Below are positions 8,441 to 17,650 of a stretch of 64,000 nt of DNA, piece by piece (the stretch's first letter is position 1; each line of letters starts with the position of its first letter). The stretch spans positions 30,686-94,685 of the forward strand of contig JBBTBX010000001.1 of NCBI GenBank assembly GCA_038043465.1, read 5' to 3'. The position numbers and the translations under genes are program-made. The notes under the pieces were generated by a model. That model was not told the origin of the DNA and ran no database searches. It worked only from the letters and a program-made list of their open reading frames with translations. The stretch is from Pseudomonadota bacterium. GTDB taxonomy: Bacteria > Pseudomonadota > Alphaproteobacteria > Rickettsiales > SXRF01.

Positions 8441-9679
8441 GTTAAGTACATCCTTAATCGCATTTGTAATCGAGCTTAGTTCATTGCTGCTGATGGTGAG
8501 TGGTGGCATGGTATATATCACATCCTTGAACGGACGCAGCCATACGCCACGCTTTACAAATTCTGGGCGCAGGGCGTAAATATCAATTTTGGCTGTATCA
8601 ACCTGCACCACGCCGATTGCGCCTTTAACGCGCACGTCAACCACGCCACTTAAATTTTTGCAAGGCGCGAGTTCGGCTGCCAATTGCGTCTCGATTTTTT
8701 CCACCTGCGATAGGCGTGGCTCGTTCTCAAATAAATCCAGCGAGGCATTAGCAGCGGAACATGCCAGAGGGTTTGCCATAAAAGTAGGACCGTGCATAAA
8801 AGCATCTTCTGGATTGTCGCTCAAGAAAGCATTAAAAATTTCATCAGTAGTGAGGGTTGCACCAAGAGTTATCGCACCACCGGTTAGGGCTTTGCCGATA
8901 CACATTATGTCCGGCGAAATTCCCGCTTCGTCACAGGCGAACATAAAGCCAGTGCGGGCAAAACCTGTGGCGATTTCGTCAGCGATGAAGAGTATGTTAT
9001 GTTTCTTGGCAATGCGGTAAATCTCGGAAACTGTGTCGGCACTATGGAACAACATACCACCCGCGCCTTGAACCAGTGGCTCGAGGATGATGCCCGCGAT
9101 ATTGCCCTGCACTCCAGCGAGCAGGCTGTCAAACTCAGCAAAACTATATTCATCGCTGGGTATATCCAGCACATATTGTTTGATAACGGAATTGCGGAAG
9201 GCTTTGTGCAGCGATTTTTCGGGATCGGAAACCGACATTGCGCCGAGAGTATCGCCATGATAGCCATTCTTGAAACAGATAAAACGATCTTTAAGCGGCT
9301 TGCCAACATTACGCCAATATTGCAGGGCGATTTTAAGCGCGATTTCCACTGCCACCGAGCCGGAATCGGCAAAAAAAACTTTGTTGAGTCCGTCAGGAGT
9401 GATGGCGCACAGGCGGCTGGCTAGGGTGGTTGCTGGTTCGTGGGTGAGTCCGGCAAACATTATATGCGGCATGAGCTGCAACTGCTTTTCCATAGCCTGC
9501 ACTATGTGCGGGTGGTTATAACCGTGACAGGCACTCCACCATGAGGAAATTCCGTCTATCAGTTCGCGACTGTCCGACAGCTTGATTTTGCAGCCGCTGG
9601 TCGAAGTTACGGGAAGCGGTTCGGGCGCAGTCTGCATTTGGGCATAGGGTAGCCAGATATGGTGGTTTTCCAGTTTCAT
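8435..9679 (-). CDS. bioA: Adenosylmethionine-8-amino-7-oxononanoate aminotransferase
   Basis: WLPYAQMQ..., SWWSACHGYNHP and FIADEIATGFARTG, with the PLP lysine in CIGKALTGG. Confidence 0.9.
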   Translation of the reverse strand: MKLENHHIWLPYAQMQTAPEPLPVTSTSGCKIKLSDSRELIDGISSWWSACHGYNHPHIVQAMEKQLQLMPHIMFAGLTHEPATTLASRLCAITPDGLNKVFFADSGSVAVEIALKIALQYWRNVGKPLKDRFICFKNGYHGDTLGAMSVSDPEKSLHKAFRNSVIKQYVLDIPSDEYSFAEFDSLLAGVQGNIAGIILEPLVQGAGGMLFHSADTVSEIYRIAKKHNILFIADEIATGFARTGFMFACDEAGISPDIMCIGKALTGGAITLGATLTTDEIFNAFLSDNPEDAFMHGPTFMANPLACSAANASLDLFENEPRLSQVEKIETQLAAELAPCKNLSGVVDVRVKGAIGVVQVDTAKIDIYALRPEFVKRGVWLRPFKDVIYTMPPLTISSNELSSITNAIKDVLNT

Positions 9680-9750
9680 GGTTGAGGTTATAGAAAAAAA
9701 GGTTAAAAGAAGCTATTTGTAATTTGTATTATTGTGTAATTTAATATATA

Positions 9751-9771
9751 ACAATAATTAGCAATTATTGT
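9751..9771. promoter_or_regulatory. Perfect 9-3-9 palindrome upstream of parD (candidate autoregulatory operator)
   Basis: acaataatt agc aattattgt, 18 nt before the parD ATG. Confidence 0.4.
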
Positions 9772-9788
9772 TATTAATGGAGCAAAAT

Positions 9789-10049
9789 ATGAATATTTCC
9801 CTTACCCCGCATTTTGAAGAAATGGTTAAAAATAAACTCGCTAGTGGCTCGTATCACTCTGCAAGCGAGGTTATTCGCGATGCTTTAAGGTTGTTGGAAG
9901 AAAGGGATAATGAGCGATCAATAAAACTGGAAGAATTACGCAAACAAATTCAGTTGGGAATTGATAGTGGTGAACCTAAGCCTATGAATATAGAAAATAT
10001 TAAGGCGCGCGGGCGCAAGAAACTGACTGCTATGAAAAAGAAATCATAA
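9789..10049 (+). CDS. parD: ParD-family (RHH) antitoxin
   Basis: MNISLTPHFEEMVKNKLASGSYHSASEVIRDALRLLEE. GGAG 7 nt upstream of the ATG at 9789. ATGA-style junction with the toxin gene. Confidence 0.8.
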   Translation: MNISLTPHFEEMVKNKLASGSYHSASEVIRDALRLLEERDNERSIKLEELRKQIQLGIDSGEPKPMNIENIKARGRKKLTAMKKKS

Positions 10050-10243
10050 TGTCACGGCTGCTTATCCGCGCACAGGCGGAAAAAGACCTTGATGAAATCT
10101 GGTGGTATATAGCGCAGGATAACCCACTAAATGCAGATGGATTCCTTGATTTAATTCAGGAAACTTGTTTGGCTATTTCTGAGTATCCCAATATAGGCGA
10201 AGCGCGTGGCGAATTAATAAAGAAGCTGCGTAGTTTTCCAGTG
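10049..10243 (+). pseudogene. parE: ParE/RelE-family toxin, 5' fragment (interrupted by an IS)
   Basis: MSRLLIRAQAEKDLDEIWWYIAQDNP...LRSFPV, then reads into the IS inverted repeat. The frame resumes at 12428. Confidence 0.8.
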
Positions 10244-10252
10244 GGTAGTGTC

Positions 10253-11128
10253 TCAGTTTGAATTTTCTTTCTTTTTATAGCTCCCACGCTTTTTAGGCAA
10301 TTCTTCTTTTACCAAATTGGCGATTTCTTCTAAAGTCCATACATGATTAGCAATACCAGCTTCCATAGCTGGGGTAACACGCAAAGTTTTATGTATCCTA
10401 CCAAAGTTATAATGCATAAAATGTAGTGCTATAGCATGTTCATGGTTTTCTATTTTTTTAGAAAATCCGTTAGTTAGCCTTGTGAAGCGACGCATACCCA
10501 TACGCATAGTAAGATTTTGACGTTCAACATGGCTAGTAGATACATTTTTAGCATCTGGCTTGCCAATAACCAATTTTTTGATAGCACCAGTGCAATTCGC
10601 AGGGCTATAACGCTTTTGCCCTTCAACTGGATTACCATACATTTTAACTAGCATTGCATAATCAACATCATTACCGAACGCACCTTCAACAGCTTCTAAA
10701 TATGGTTTATAGCCGTCACTGGTAAGCTGGATACGATTAGCCATGCGGTCAGCAATATCTTGTACAAACTCATTTGCACACTCAGCGTCACGGCTGCCGA
10801 CTAACCAGCTTGGGATTATTTTTGTATCTGCACAAATAGCAGTCCATGTCCATACGTCACCAGCATCTTGCGGAGCTGATTTAGCACTTTCCACATTCTT
10901 TGCTTTAGCATAGCAAAATGACCAGATTTCACCAACCTGTACACGCTTACAAGGAAGGTTGCGAAGGTTATTATATTGATATTCCGCAGCAGCAGAACCA
11001 ACATCTACAAGTATTTTAGTTACGCTATTTATTGATACATCAGCCATCCTGCTTGTGGCACGAAGGCTATTGCCTTCTACAAGCATACCGAGGATTTGTG
11101 CGCGTTTTTGTAAAGTAAGTTTGTTCAT
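10253..11128 (-). CDS. IS1-family transposase (single ORF)
   Basis: N-terminal HTH, then LTSDGYKPY...TSHVERQNLTMRMGMRRFTRLTNGFSKKIENHEHAIALHFMHYNF, parallel to IS1 InsB TDG..Y...IERHNLNLRQ..ARL.RK...FSKS. Start placed at MNKLTLQ. Confidence 0.75.
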   Translation of the reverse strand: MNKLTLQKRAQILGMLVEGNSLRATSRMADVSINSVTKILVDVGSAAAEYQYNNLRNLPCKRVQVGEIWSFCYAKAKNVESAKSAPQDAGDVWTWTAICADTKIIPSWLVGSRDAECANEFVQDIADRMANRIQLTSDGYKPYLEAVEGAFGNDVDYAMLVKMYGNPVEGQKRYSPANCTGAIKKLVIGKPDAKNVSTSHVERQNLTMRMGMRRFTRLTNGFSKKIENHEHAIALHFMHYNFGRIHKTLRVTPAMEAGIANHVWTLEEIANLVKEELPKKRGSYKKKENSN

Positions 11129-11442
11129 AAGATACTCATTGCTTGTTTCAATATGAACATTATGCTTGACCGAATAAGCATTGTCAATAGAAAAAGACAA
11201 ACATTTTACATAAGCTGATATGCTTATGTATCTTGTAAATTTGACATAATAAATCACCTTTACCCTATCTCTTGGATGGGTGAAATAAAGGTTGACTTGA
11301 TAGTCTGTATATGTATAAATGGAGGGGAGAAGAGCAGATAACGGACTGCGGGAGGGTATATTAAAAAATATCCCTCCACGCAGGTTTTACCTACTACGCA
11401 GTCCTAAATATATCTAACCATAAGTTGCTCCTTTCAATTACC

Positions 11443-11937
11443 TCAGAATAAGTTGTTAATATTCCCCTGTGCTTCTAACACAGGGGTTTTCTTTGTCACC
11501 GCTCCCTCTTGGGGAGCAAGTGACGACAGAAACCAGCGATTATTACGATTAACGATACGTCCCTTTTGACGATGGCGTTGAATCGTAACAGATAGGGTAG
11601 TGGATTTTGCTTCTATACCATACTTATCTTTCATATAATTCTGAATTTCAGCAGATGCCGCGCCGTTTGCTCCATAATGCGTGACCGCTTCGATTATGGC
11701 ATCGGTTAGATTAATGGCAGAACTGGACTGCATCTCATTCAATATAATGGTTTTGTCAGTTTCTTCTGATGAATATCGGTTGAAAACACGCAGTGCCGCC
11801 TCGATGTCCTTTGCTTCAACGCGGAGATTGGCTAGCTGTGATTCTAACACGCTAAACTCGCTCTTAATGGCTTCCAGCCTTGATAGCAACGGCTTACACA
11901 TATCCATAAATAACTCCAAGTTAATTAATACGGACAT
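11443..11937 (-). CDS. IS passenger ORF: coiled-coil N-terminus plus H1/H5-like winged-helix C-terminus (hypothetical)
   Basis: 164 aa; LTDAIIEAVTHYGANGAASAEIQNYMKDKYG...TIQRHRQKGRIVN resembles a linker-histone-type wHTH. Function unknown. Confidence 0.5.
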   Translation of the reverse strand: MSVLINLELFMDMCKPLLSRLEAIKSEFSVLESQLANLRVEAKDIEAALRVFNRYSSEETDKTIILNEMQSSSAINLTDAIIEAVTHYGANGAASAEIQNYMKDKYGIEAKSTTLSVTIQRHRQKGRIVNRNNRWFLSSLAPQEGAVTKKTPVLEAQGNINNLF

Positions 11938-11970
11938 ACACTAGCACACAAACAAGCAGGTACGCAAGCA

Positions 11971-12216
11971 CTAAGTTTGTTTTTTATTTTCCCACCTTTT
12001 TTTTGAGGCATCAGAGGCTATCTTTTTTCGCTGCTCAGGTGTTAAGCTGTTAGCCCTAGCCTTACCGCCTTTTGCACCACCGAGTTTACCTAAGGCAACG
12101 GCAGCAGGATTCTTACCATCATCAACTGGCTTATCATCCCTTTCACCAGCAGCAATATCCACTATGCTTTTGGCAAGCTGGTTAAGGTCGCGGGGTCTTT
12201 TGGGTTTTTTAGTCAT
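11971..12216 (-). CDS. IS passenger ORF: 81-aa basic protein with KGGKARA...TPEQRKKIA..A..KRW motif
   Basis: A recurrent small basic protein type seen in plasmid/phage contexts (recollection). Function unknown. Confidence 0.55.
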   Translation of the reverse strand: MTKKPKRPRDLNQLAKSIVDIAAGERDDKPVDDGKNPAAVALGKLGGAKGGKARANSLTPEQRKKIASDASKKRWENKKQT

Positions 12217-12334
12217 TTTTATGACGCTCTAATAGGATTTTATAAATTTTATCCATCTTGTCGGATATATTATAAAGCATCCCTAGCGCACCACCGATTA
12301 CAAAAGGCAGCAGATACATTTGCCAGTCAGTCAT
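12209..12334 (-). CDS. IS passenger ORF: 41-aa peptide with one hydrophobic helix
   Basis: Hand translation MTDWQMYLLPFVIGGALGMLYNISDKMDKIYKILLERHKND. ATGACTAA overlap with the next ORF. Confidence 0.35.
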   Translation of the reverse strand: MTDWQMYLLPFVIGGALGMLYNISDKMDKIYKILLERHKND

Positions 12335-12427
12335 AAACACCTCCTTATTTTGAGGTAATTATTACATAGGCTTGCATAAGCGGTCAAGCATTGATAGAAT
12401 AGTTAAAATTCAAACTGAGACAATACC

Positions 12428-12531
12428 TTCCAGTGGGTAATTATCTGGTTTTTTATATTCCACAAAAAAATGGGATTGATGTGGTTAGGGTGTTACACGG
12501 TTCTCGGGATATGAAGCAGATATTTCAATAA
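12428..12531 (+). pseudogene. parE: ParE/RelE-family toxin, 3' fragment
   Basis: After removing one copy of the target duplication the frame continues FPVGNYLVFYIPQKNGIDVVRVLHGSRDMKQIFQ*, a typical ParE C-terminus. Confidence 0.8.
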
Positions 12532-12533
12532 TT

Positions 12534-12556
12534 TCCTCTCCCGCAGGGGGAGAGGA
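12534..12556. repeat. Short GEG-type palindrome (tcctctcccgcagggggagagga), copy 1
   Basis: Identical 23-mer at 33329-33351; related to the core of the 38-bp element. Confidence 0.85.
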
Positions 12557-12728
12557 GAAGAAACGTGGATTTTCAGGTATTTGCCAATTGTTACAGTTAT
12601 GTGAAGATTTTATGAAATTAATGATTGCTTAAATCAGCATTTGCCATATAATCACAGATGCTGGTTTAACCAGACGCTATAAAATGCATATTAATTTTTA
12701 ACAGACGAAATATTAAAGGATACGGCAA

Positions 12729-13067
12729 ATGAAATATTTTATAACTTTAGGAATTATATTTTCTGCATTTTCTGCCTATGCTGTTGAGAAGGTTCCAGCG
12801 ACAAGCACTCAACAACTAGCTCAGGTTGAAGGGGCGGTGATGCCTGTGATGGGTGTTAGTGAGGACAGTCACACCATAGGAGGATATGGAAACGGCTCTT
12901 CCTCTCAAGAAGAACAGGAAGTACAAATCCCAACTGGTGAGATGCATACTAATATGCCAATGCTTGATGCGCCAACCTCCGATGGGGTGCATATTAATAA
13001 TATGCCAATGCCTGATGCGCAAGCCACCGGTGAAATGACTAATATGCCAATGATGCGCCAGCGGTGA
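12729..13067 (+). CDS. Secreted Met-rich repeat protein (NMPM motifs)
   Basis: Signal peptide MKYFITLGIIFSAFSAYA. Three DNA repeats of taatatgccaatgc.tgatgcgc encode TNMPMLDAP / NNMPMPDAQ / TNMPMM. Confidence 0.5.
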   Translation: MKYFITLGIIFSAFSAYAVEKVPATSTQQLAQVEGAVMPVMGVSEDSHTIGGYGNGSSSQEEQEVQIPTGEMHTNMPMLDAPTSDGVHINNMPMPDAQATGEMTNMPMMRQR

Positions 13068-13102
13068 GATGATCAGTCAATAAAAATTTAGGGATAATTT
13101 AA

Positions 13103-14080
13103 TCACGCAGCTTCTGTTTCGTGCTTACACTCTAGCTGCATAGGTTCTAGCCCAAGTTTGGCAAAGAGGGCGCGGTCGCTTTCTGCTTCAGGGTTGGCGG
13201 TGGTGAGCAGTTTTTCGCCATAGAAAATGGAATTTGCACCCGCGAAGAAACATAATGCCTGAGTTTGCTCGTTCATTTCTTCACGCCCAGCGGAAAGGCG
13301 CACGAAAGATTGTGGCATAAGGATGCGCGCAACGGCAATTGTTTTGACAAACTCAAAAGCGTCCAGCTCGGCGCGCCCCGCTAGTTTTGTTCCTTCAACC
13401 TGCACCAGCAGGTTGATAGGCACGCTTTCTGGGTGTTTTGGCAGGTTGGCGAGGGTTTGCAACAGCCCAGCGCGGTCGGTCAGGCCTTCGCCCATTCCTA
13501 CGATGCCACCGCAGCAAACATTCATGCCCGCGTCACGGACATTGGCAAGGGTATCGAGCCTGTCCTGATAGGTGCGGGTGGTGATGATTTCGCTGTAAAA
13601 CTCTTCGGAAGTGTCGAGGTTATGGTTGTAGTAATCCAGCCCTGCATCTTTCAACTTACGCGCTTGACCAGCATCGAGCATGCCGAGTGTGGCGCAGGTT
13701 TCCATGCCTAATTCTTTTACGCCTTTTATGATGTCAGCGACATTTTCAATATCGCGGTCTTTGGGCGAACGCCACGCCGCACCCATGCAGAAACGGGATG
13801 CGCCAGCGTCTTTGGCTTTTCGCGCTTCGGCAAGCACGGCTTCTTTTTTCATAAGCTTTTCAGCTTTAACGCCCGAATCAGCAGAAACGCTTTGCGGGCA
13901 GTAAGCGCAATCCTCGGCGCAACCGCCAGTTTTTATGGAAAGAAGGGTGCTTATCTGCACCTCATTAGGCGCGAAATTCTCACGGTGAACGCTATGGGCG
14001 CGAAACAGCAAATCATTAAATGGCAACGCAAACAAAGATATTATTTCGTTTTTTTGCCAGTCGTGCCTGAGTGTGGTCAT
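13103..14080 (-). CDS. bioB: Biotin synthase
   Basis: Radical-[14 protein letters not shown] motif; full-length BioB-like sequence. Confidence 0.95.
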   Translation of the reverse strand: MTTLRHDWQKNEIISLFALPFNDLLFRAHSVHRENFAPNEVQISTLLSIKTGGCAEDCAYCPQSVSADSGVKAEKLMKKEAVLAEARKAKDAGASRFCMGAAWRSPKDRDIENVADIIKGVKELGMETCATLGMLDAGQARKLKDAGLDYYNHNLDTSEEFYSEIITTRTYQDRLDTLANVRDAGMNVCCGGIVGMGEGLTDRAGLLQTLANLPKHPESVPINLLVQVEGTKLAGRAELDAFEFVKTIAVARILMPQSFVRLSAGREEMNEQTQALCFFAGANSIFYGEKLLTTANPEAESDRALFAKLGLEPMQLECKHETEAA

Positions 14081-14139
14081 ATTTGATTATCCTTATAAAA
14101 CGTGCATTATTGGTAGCAATTTAATAGCATTATCTTTAA

Positions 14140-14245
14140 TATACTCTTCTCATTTCAAGAATTGGCGTTGTTAACCTTCAACTCGTGTAGTTTTTCTACA
14201 CTTCGTCTCGGTTGTCTAGCCAATTCTTGAACTGCTTTGAGTATA
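14140..14245. repeat. 106-bp MITE-like palindromic element, copy A
   Basis: tatactcttctcatttcaagaattggc...gtgtagtttttctacac...gccaattcttgaactgctttgagtata. Near-identical to 57204-57309. Confidence 0.9.
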
Positions 14246-14275
14246 ACAAGTCATTTTGATATAATATACGTAATT

Positions 14276-15091
14276 ATGCAGTTAGATATTTCAGTAATGA
14301 GTGCCGAGTGGGCAACGGAAACACTATTATTTGTAATACAAATAGTATTGTGCATGCTTATATTCCTTGCTGTTGAGCGCCTACGACCTATCCAGAACAT
14401 GCAGCCGTTTAATCAGGAAAAAAGAGCCGAACTCTGGCTTATGCTGGTGAATGGGATATTTTTTCAGCCATTTATTTATTTCGTGGTAGTATTGTTTTTT
14501 ACGCATACGGTGAAAGAATTAATCCCATATCAGATATTCGACAGTGAAATCCAAATATTGCCGTTTTTTTTACAGGTTTTTATCGGGTTGTTGTTGCTGG
14601 ATCTTAAAGTATATATCAGGCATCGTTTTACCCATAATTTTATGTGGCAAACTCACGCGGTGCATCATAGCGCAAATGATGTGAACTGGTTGACGAGCGC
14701 GCGGCTTCACCCCAGTGAACTGTTTGTGGACACCGTTTTTACCATACCAGTTATGTACCTCCTTGGTTTTAGTGGTGATGGAATAGTCTATGCTTCAATG
14801 GGGATGTTTTTTTTCAATTTATTTACGCATTTGAATTTGAATTTGGAATATCCAAGTTTCCTGCGCTATCTTGTTGGTAGCCCGAACTTTCATCGCTGGC
14901 ATCATGCCAAGCTGGAAACAGAAGCTTTTAACAAGAATTTCTCGGTGATTTTTCCGTTTATTGACCTTGCCTTTGGCAGTTTTTACCATCCAAAAGGAAA
15001 GTTACCAAAGGAATATGGAATTTATCAGCGACCAAATGAAATTCCAATAACTCAGACTTTGTGGGGATATTTAAGCTATCCGTTTAGGTGA
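14276..15091 (+). CDS. Fatty acid hydroxylase / sterol desaturase family membrane protein
   Basis: Histidine boxes HRFTH, HAVHH and HRWHH in a polytopic protein. Start moved to the ATG at 14276, outside the MITE. Confidence 0.8.
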   Translation: MQLDISVMSAEWATETLLFVIQIVLCMLIFLAVERLRPIQNMQPFNQEKRAELWLMLVNGIFFQPFIYFVVVLFFTHTVKELIPYQIFDSEIQILPFFLQVFIGLLLLDLKVYIRHRFTHNFMWQTHAVHHSANDVNWLTSARLHPSELFVDTVFTIPVMYLLGFSGDGIVYASMGMFFFNLFTHLNLNLEYPSFLRYLVGSPNFHRWHHAKLETEAFNKNFSVIFPFIDLAFGSFYHPKGKLPKEYGIYQRPNEIPITQTLWGYLSYPFR

Positions 15092-15112
15092 TCTACTACA
15101 CCTTATGCGATC

Positions 15113-15245
15113 GTCATGCGAGGAGCTTTAGCAAGCCTGTCCCCGCCCAACCTTGCTTGGAAGAATTGGCGGGGATGGCAATCCAGTTCTTTCCGCATAT
15201 TGTAAATACTGGATTGCCGCGAGAACTACGTTTTCTCGCAATGAC
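15113..15245. repeat. Composite GTCAT...ATGAC palindromic element between convergent genes
   Basis: gtcatgcgagg...ccccgcc/ggcgggg...caatccag/ctggattg...cgcgagaa/ttctcgc...aatgac. Confidence 0.7.
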
Positions 15246-15250
15246 GCAAG

Positions 15251-17386
15251 TTATGATTTTTCTGCCATTTTTCTTCCCAATTCTGGATAATCAATCTTGC
15301 CAGTGCCGAGGCGGGGAATTTCCGCGATATGGATGATATGTTTAGGCAGGGCAATTTCTGGTATGCCTTTTTCTTTGGCGGCTGCTTGCAGTGATTCGCG
15401 GGTTAAGGTTGCACATTCGCTATATAAAACTATATGTTCGCCTTTTTTGTCGTCGGGAGCGGAGATTGCGGCGTGGGCTACTTCAGGGAATAGATGCAGT
15501 GCTAATTCTTCTGGAACCATCAGCGAAACCATTTCGCCGGCGATTTTGGCGAAGCGTTTAGCGCGTCCAGCGATAGTAATAAACCCGTTTTCATCAATTT
15601 CGACGATGTCGCCAGTGTCATACCACTCGCCTTGTGGCTGGATTATGCCGGGCTTGTCGGCTTTGATATAACCGAGCATTATGTTTGCCCCTTTGACAAG
15701 CAATCTGCCACCGCGCTCCATGCCTGTTACTGGTTCAAGCTTACACTCAATGCCGGGGAAAGCACGACCAACACTGCCGGTTTTATGTTCTATCAATGTG
15801 TTGAAGGAAATTACCGGACTGGCTTCGGTCACGCCGTAGCCCTGCAATATATTCACATCGAATTTATCAGCATAAAGATTCTTGGTTGATTCCTTGAGTT
15901 TTTCCGCGCCAGCAACCGCGAGGCGGACTGAGCGGAAATCATAAGGATGAGCATAGCGGGCATAGCCATTGAAAAATGTATCAGTGCCGAGCATTACCGT
16001 TGCATCAATGTCATAGATTAATTCTGGAATAACGCGGTAATGCACTGGGCTTGGGTATAGGAACATATTTATTCCACGCATCAGTGGCAGGAGCATGCCG
16101 ATGGTAAGGCCAAAGGAATGGAACACCGGCATGGCGTTGAATAATATGTCAGACGGGGTTAAATCGAGAACCGAGCAGGCTTGGTTGATGTTGGCAATAA
16201 TGTTGCTGTGCGACAGGGCAACGCCTTTGGGAGTGCCTTCCGAGCCTGAGGTAAATAAAATCACGGCTGGAGATTCAGCATCGGTTTTAGCGATTATTTC
16301 ATTCAGGGTTTCTTTGGCAAATGTTGCTTGGATCCAACCTTTCAACTTATCAGAAATGGTAACGGTCGGACGAATATCTTCCAGATAAATCACTTTGTAA
16401 TTTTTCTCGAGTGCGGCGGCGATATGCTCCAGTTTCCCTTTTTCAATGAAGGCACGCGAAGTGAGGACAGTCTTTGCCGTTGCCATGTCCATGGCACTCA
16501 GGATATTTTTTTCGCCAGCCGAGAAATTAAGCATGGCAGGGACTTTCCCAAGCATCTGTAGCGACATGAAAGTAACCAGCGCGCCGAGAGCATTAGGAAG
16601 CAGGACACCTACAAAATACTGTTCTGCAAGTTGTGGCTTTAATTTTTCCTGCAGAATAAAGGCGCGGGTGAAAAGCTGGTGATAGCTAATGCTCGTGCGG
16701 GTTATATCGGTTGCGATTTTATGGGTGTCACCATATTTTGCGGAAGCTTCCAGAATCGCTGAAAGCAGCGGACGGCGATAATTGGAGGAAGTAAAGGCGG
16801 CATTGGTCATCACTTCATAAATAGCAAGCGCGGAAATTTCTTCGCCTTCCGCATATTTTTTGGGTGGCAGGAAGGTGATGGTTATTTTAGGAAAAAAACG
16901 AGTACGGAGTTTCTTCCCAAGCTTGCCGAATTTAGAATATTGCGCGCCGTTGATATGCACTGGAAGAAGCGTTGCTCCGGTTTTTTCGATGATACGCCCA
17001 GTGCCGTCATAAATTTTCATGATGCCACCGGTGGTGGTGATGCGCCCTTCCGGAAAAATAACCAGCTTCGCACCCTTCTTGACATCGGTCATCATTGTTT
17101 TCATCGACATCGGGGCGAGTGGATCAATTTTATAGGTCTTGAGCAGCAAATCCACCCAGCGGAAATACCATTTATTCGCCTGATGGACATTCATGGCGAA
17201 GGCTGGTTTTTCAGGAATAAAAACCGAGAGCAAGAGGGGGTCGAGGAAGGATTGATGGTTGGAGGCGATAACCACTTTTTCGCCTGCGGCGTGGTAATTT
17301 TCCAGCCCGTGAATTTCAACACGGTACAGGGCTTTTAAAAGGAAGGTGAGGGTGGGGCGGAGAAATGATTCTTCAAATTTTTTCAT
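15251..17386 (-). CDS. aas: Bifunctional 2-acylglycerophosphoethanolamine acyltransferase / acyl-ACP synthetase
   Basis: 711 aa. N-terminal PlsC-type NHQSFLDP motif; C-terminal AMP-binding TSGSEGTPKGV. Confidence 0.9.
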   Translation of the reverse strand: MKKFEESFLRPTLTFLLKALYRVEIHGLENYHAAGEKVVIASNHQSFLDPLLLSVFIPEKPAFAMNVHQANKWYFRWVDLLLKTYKIDPLAPMSMKTMMTDVKKGAKLVIFPEGRITTTGGIMKIYDGTGRIIEKTGATLLPVHINGAQYSKFGKLGKKLRTRFFPKITITFLPPKKYAEGEEISALAIYEVMTNAAFTSSNYRRPLLSAILEASAKYGDTHKIATDITRTSISYHQLFTRAFILQEKLKPQLAEQYFVGVLLPNALGALVTFMSLQMLGKVPAMLNFSAGEKNILSAMDMATAKTVLTSRAFIEKGKLEHIAAALEKNYKVIYLEDIRPTVTISDKLKGWIQATFAKETLNEIIAKTDAESPAVILFTSGSEGTPKGVALSHSNIIANINQACSVLDLTPSDILFNAMPVFHSFGLTIGMLLPLMRGINMFLYPSPVHYRVIPELIYDIDATVMLGTDTFFNGYARYAHPYDFRSVRLAVAGAEKLKESTKNLYADKFDVNILQGYGVTEASPVISFNTLIEHKTGSVGRAFPGIECKLEPVTGMERGGRLLVKGANIMLGYIKADKPGIIQPQGEWYDTGDIVEIDENGFITIAGRAKRFAKIAGEMVSLMVPEELALHLFPEVAHAAISAPDDKKGEHIVLYSECATLTRESLQAAAKEKGIPEIALPKHIIHIAEIPRLGTGKIDYPELGRKMAEKS

Positions 17387-17650
17387 ATGTTTTAGTTCCT
17401 ATAAGCTTGATTTTATAATTAACAATTTTTGTCTTTATGGAAAACAAAAAATGTAGTATATTGAGTTTGCCCTGTTGTGCGCGAAGTTCTAAGTTCCACT
17501 TAGAATACGCTTTTAAGCATAGCCACAACGGGGTTTATTTTCTTTTTGTAAGCTCCCTATCAAGTTCAGATTTTTTTGAAGTAAATACCCAATGTCGATA
17601 TGGGTGTTTCCAAGTGTACTCATGTCCATGTTGTAAGGAAGTTGTAGTTC

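Larger units (their letters stand above)
10244..12427 (-). mobile_element. IS1-family insertion sequence (2184 bp) with three passenger ORFs
   Basis: 23-bp terminal IRs ggtaGtgtctcagtttgaatttt (10244-10266) and the reverse complement of 12405-12427 (ggtaTtgtctcagtttgaatttt). Ends fit the GGnnnTG pattern I recall for IS1. 8-bp direct repeat ttccagtg at 10236-10243 and 12428-12435. Confidence 0.85.

Noticed and set aside
15088-15336. 82-aa plus-strand ORF between the hydroxylase gene and aas.
   Set aside because: It is composed almost entirely of the 133-bp palindromic element and the antisense of the aas 3' end.
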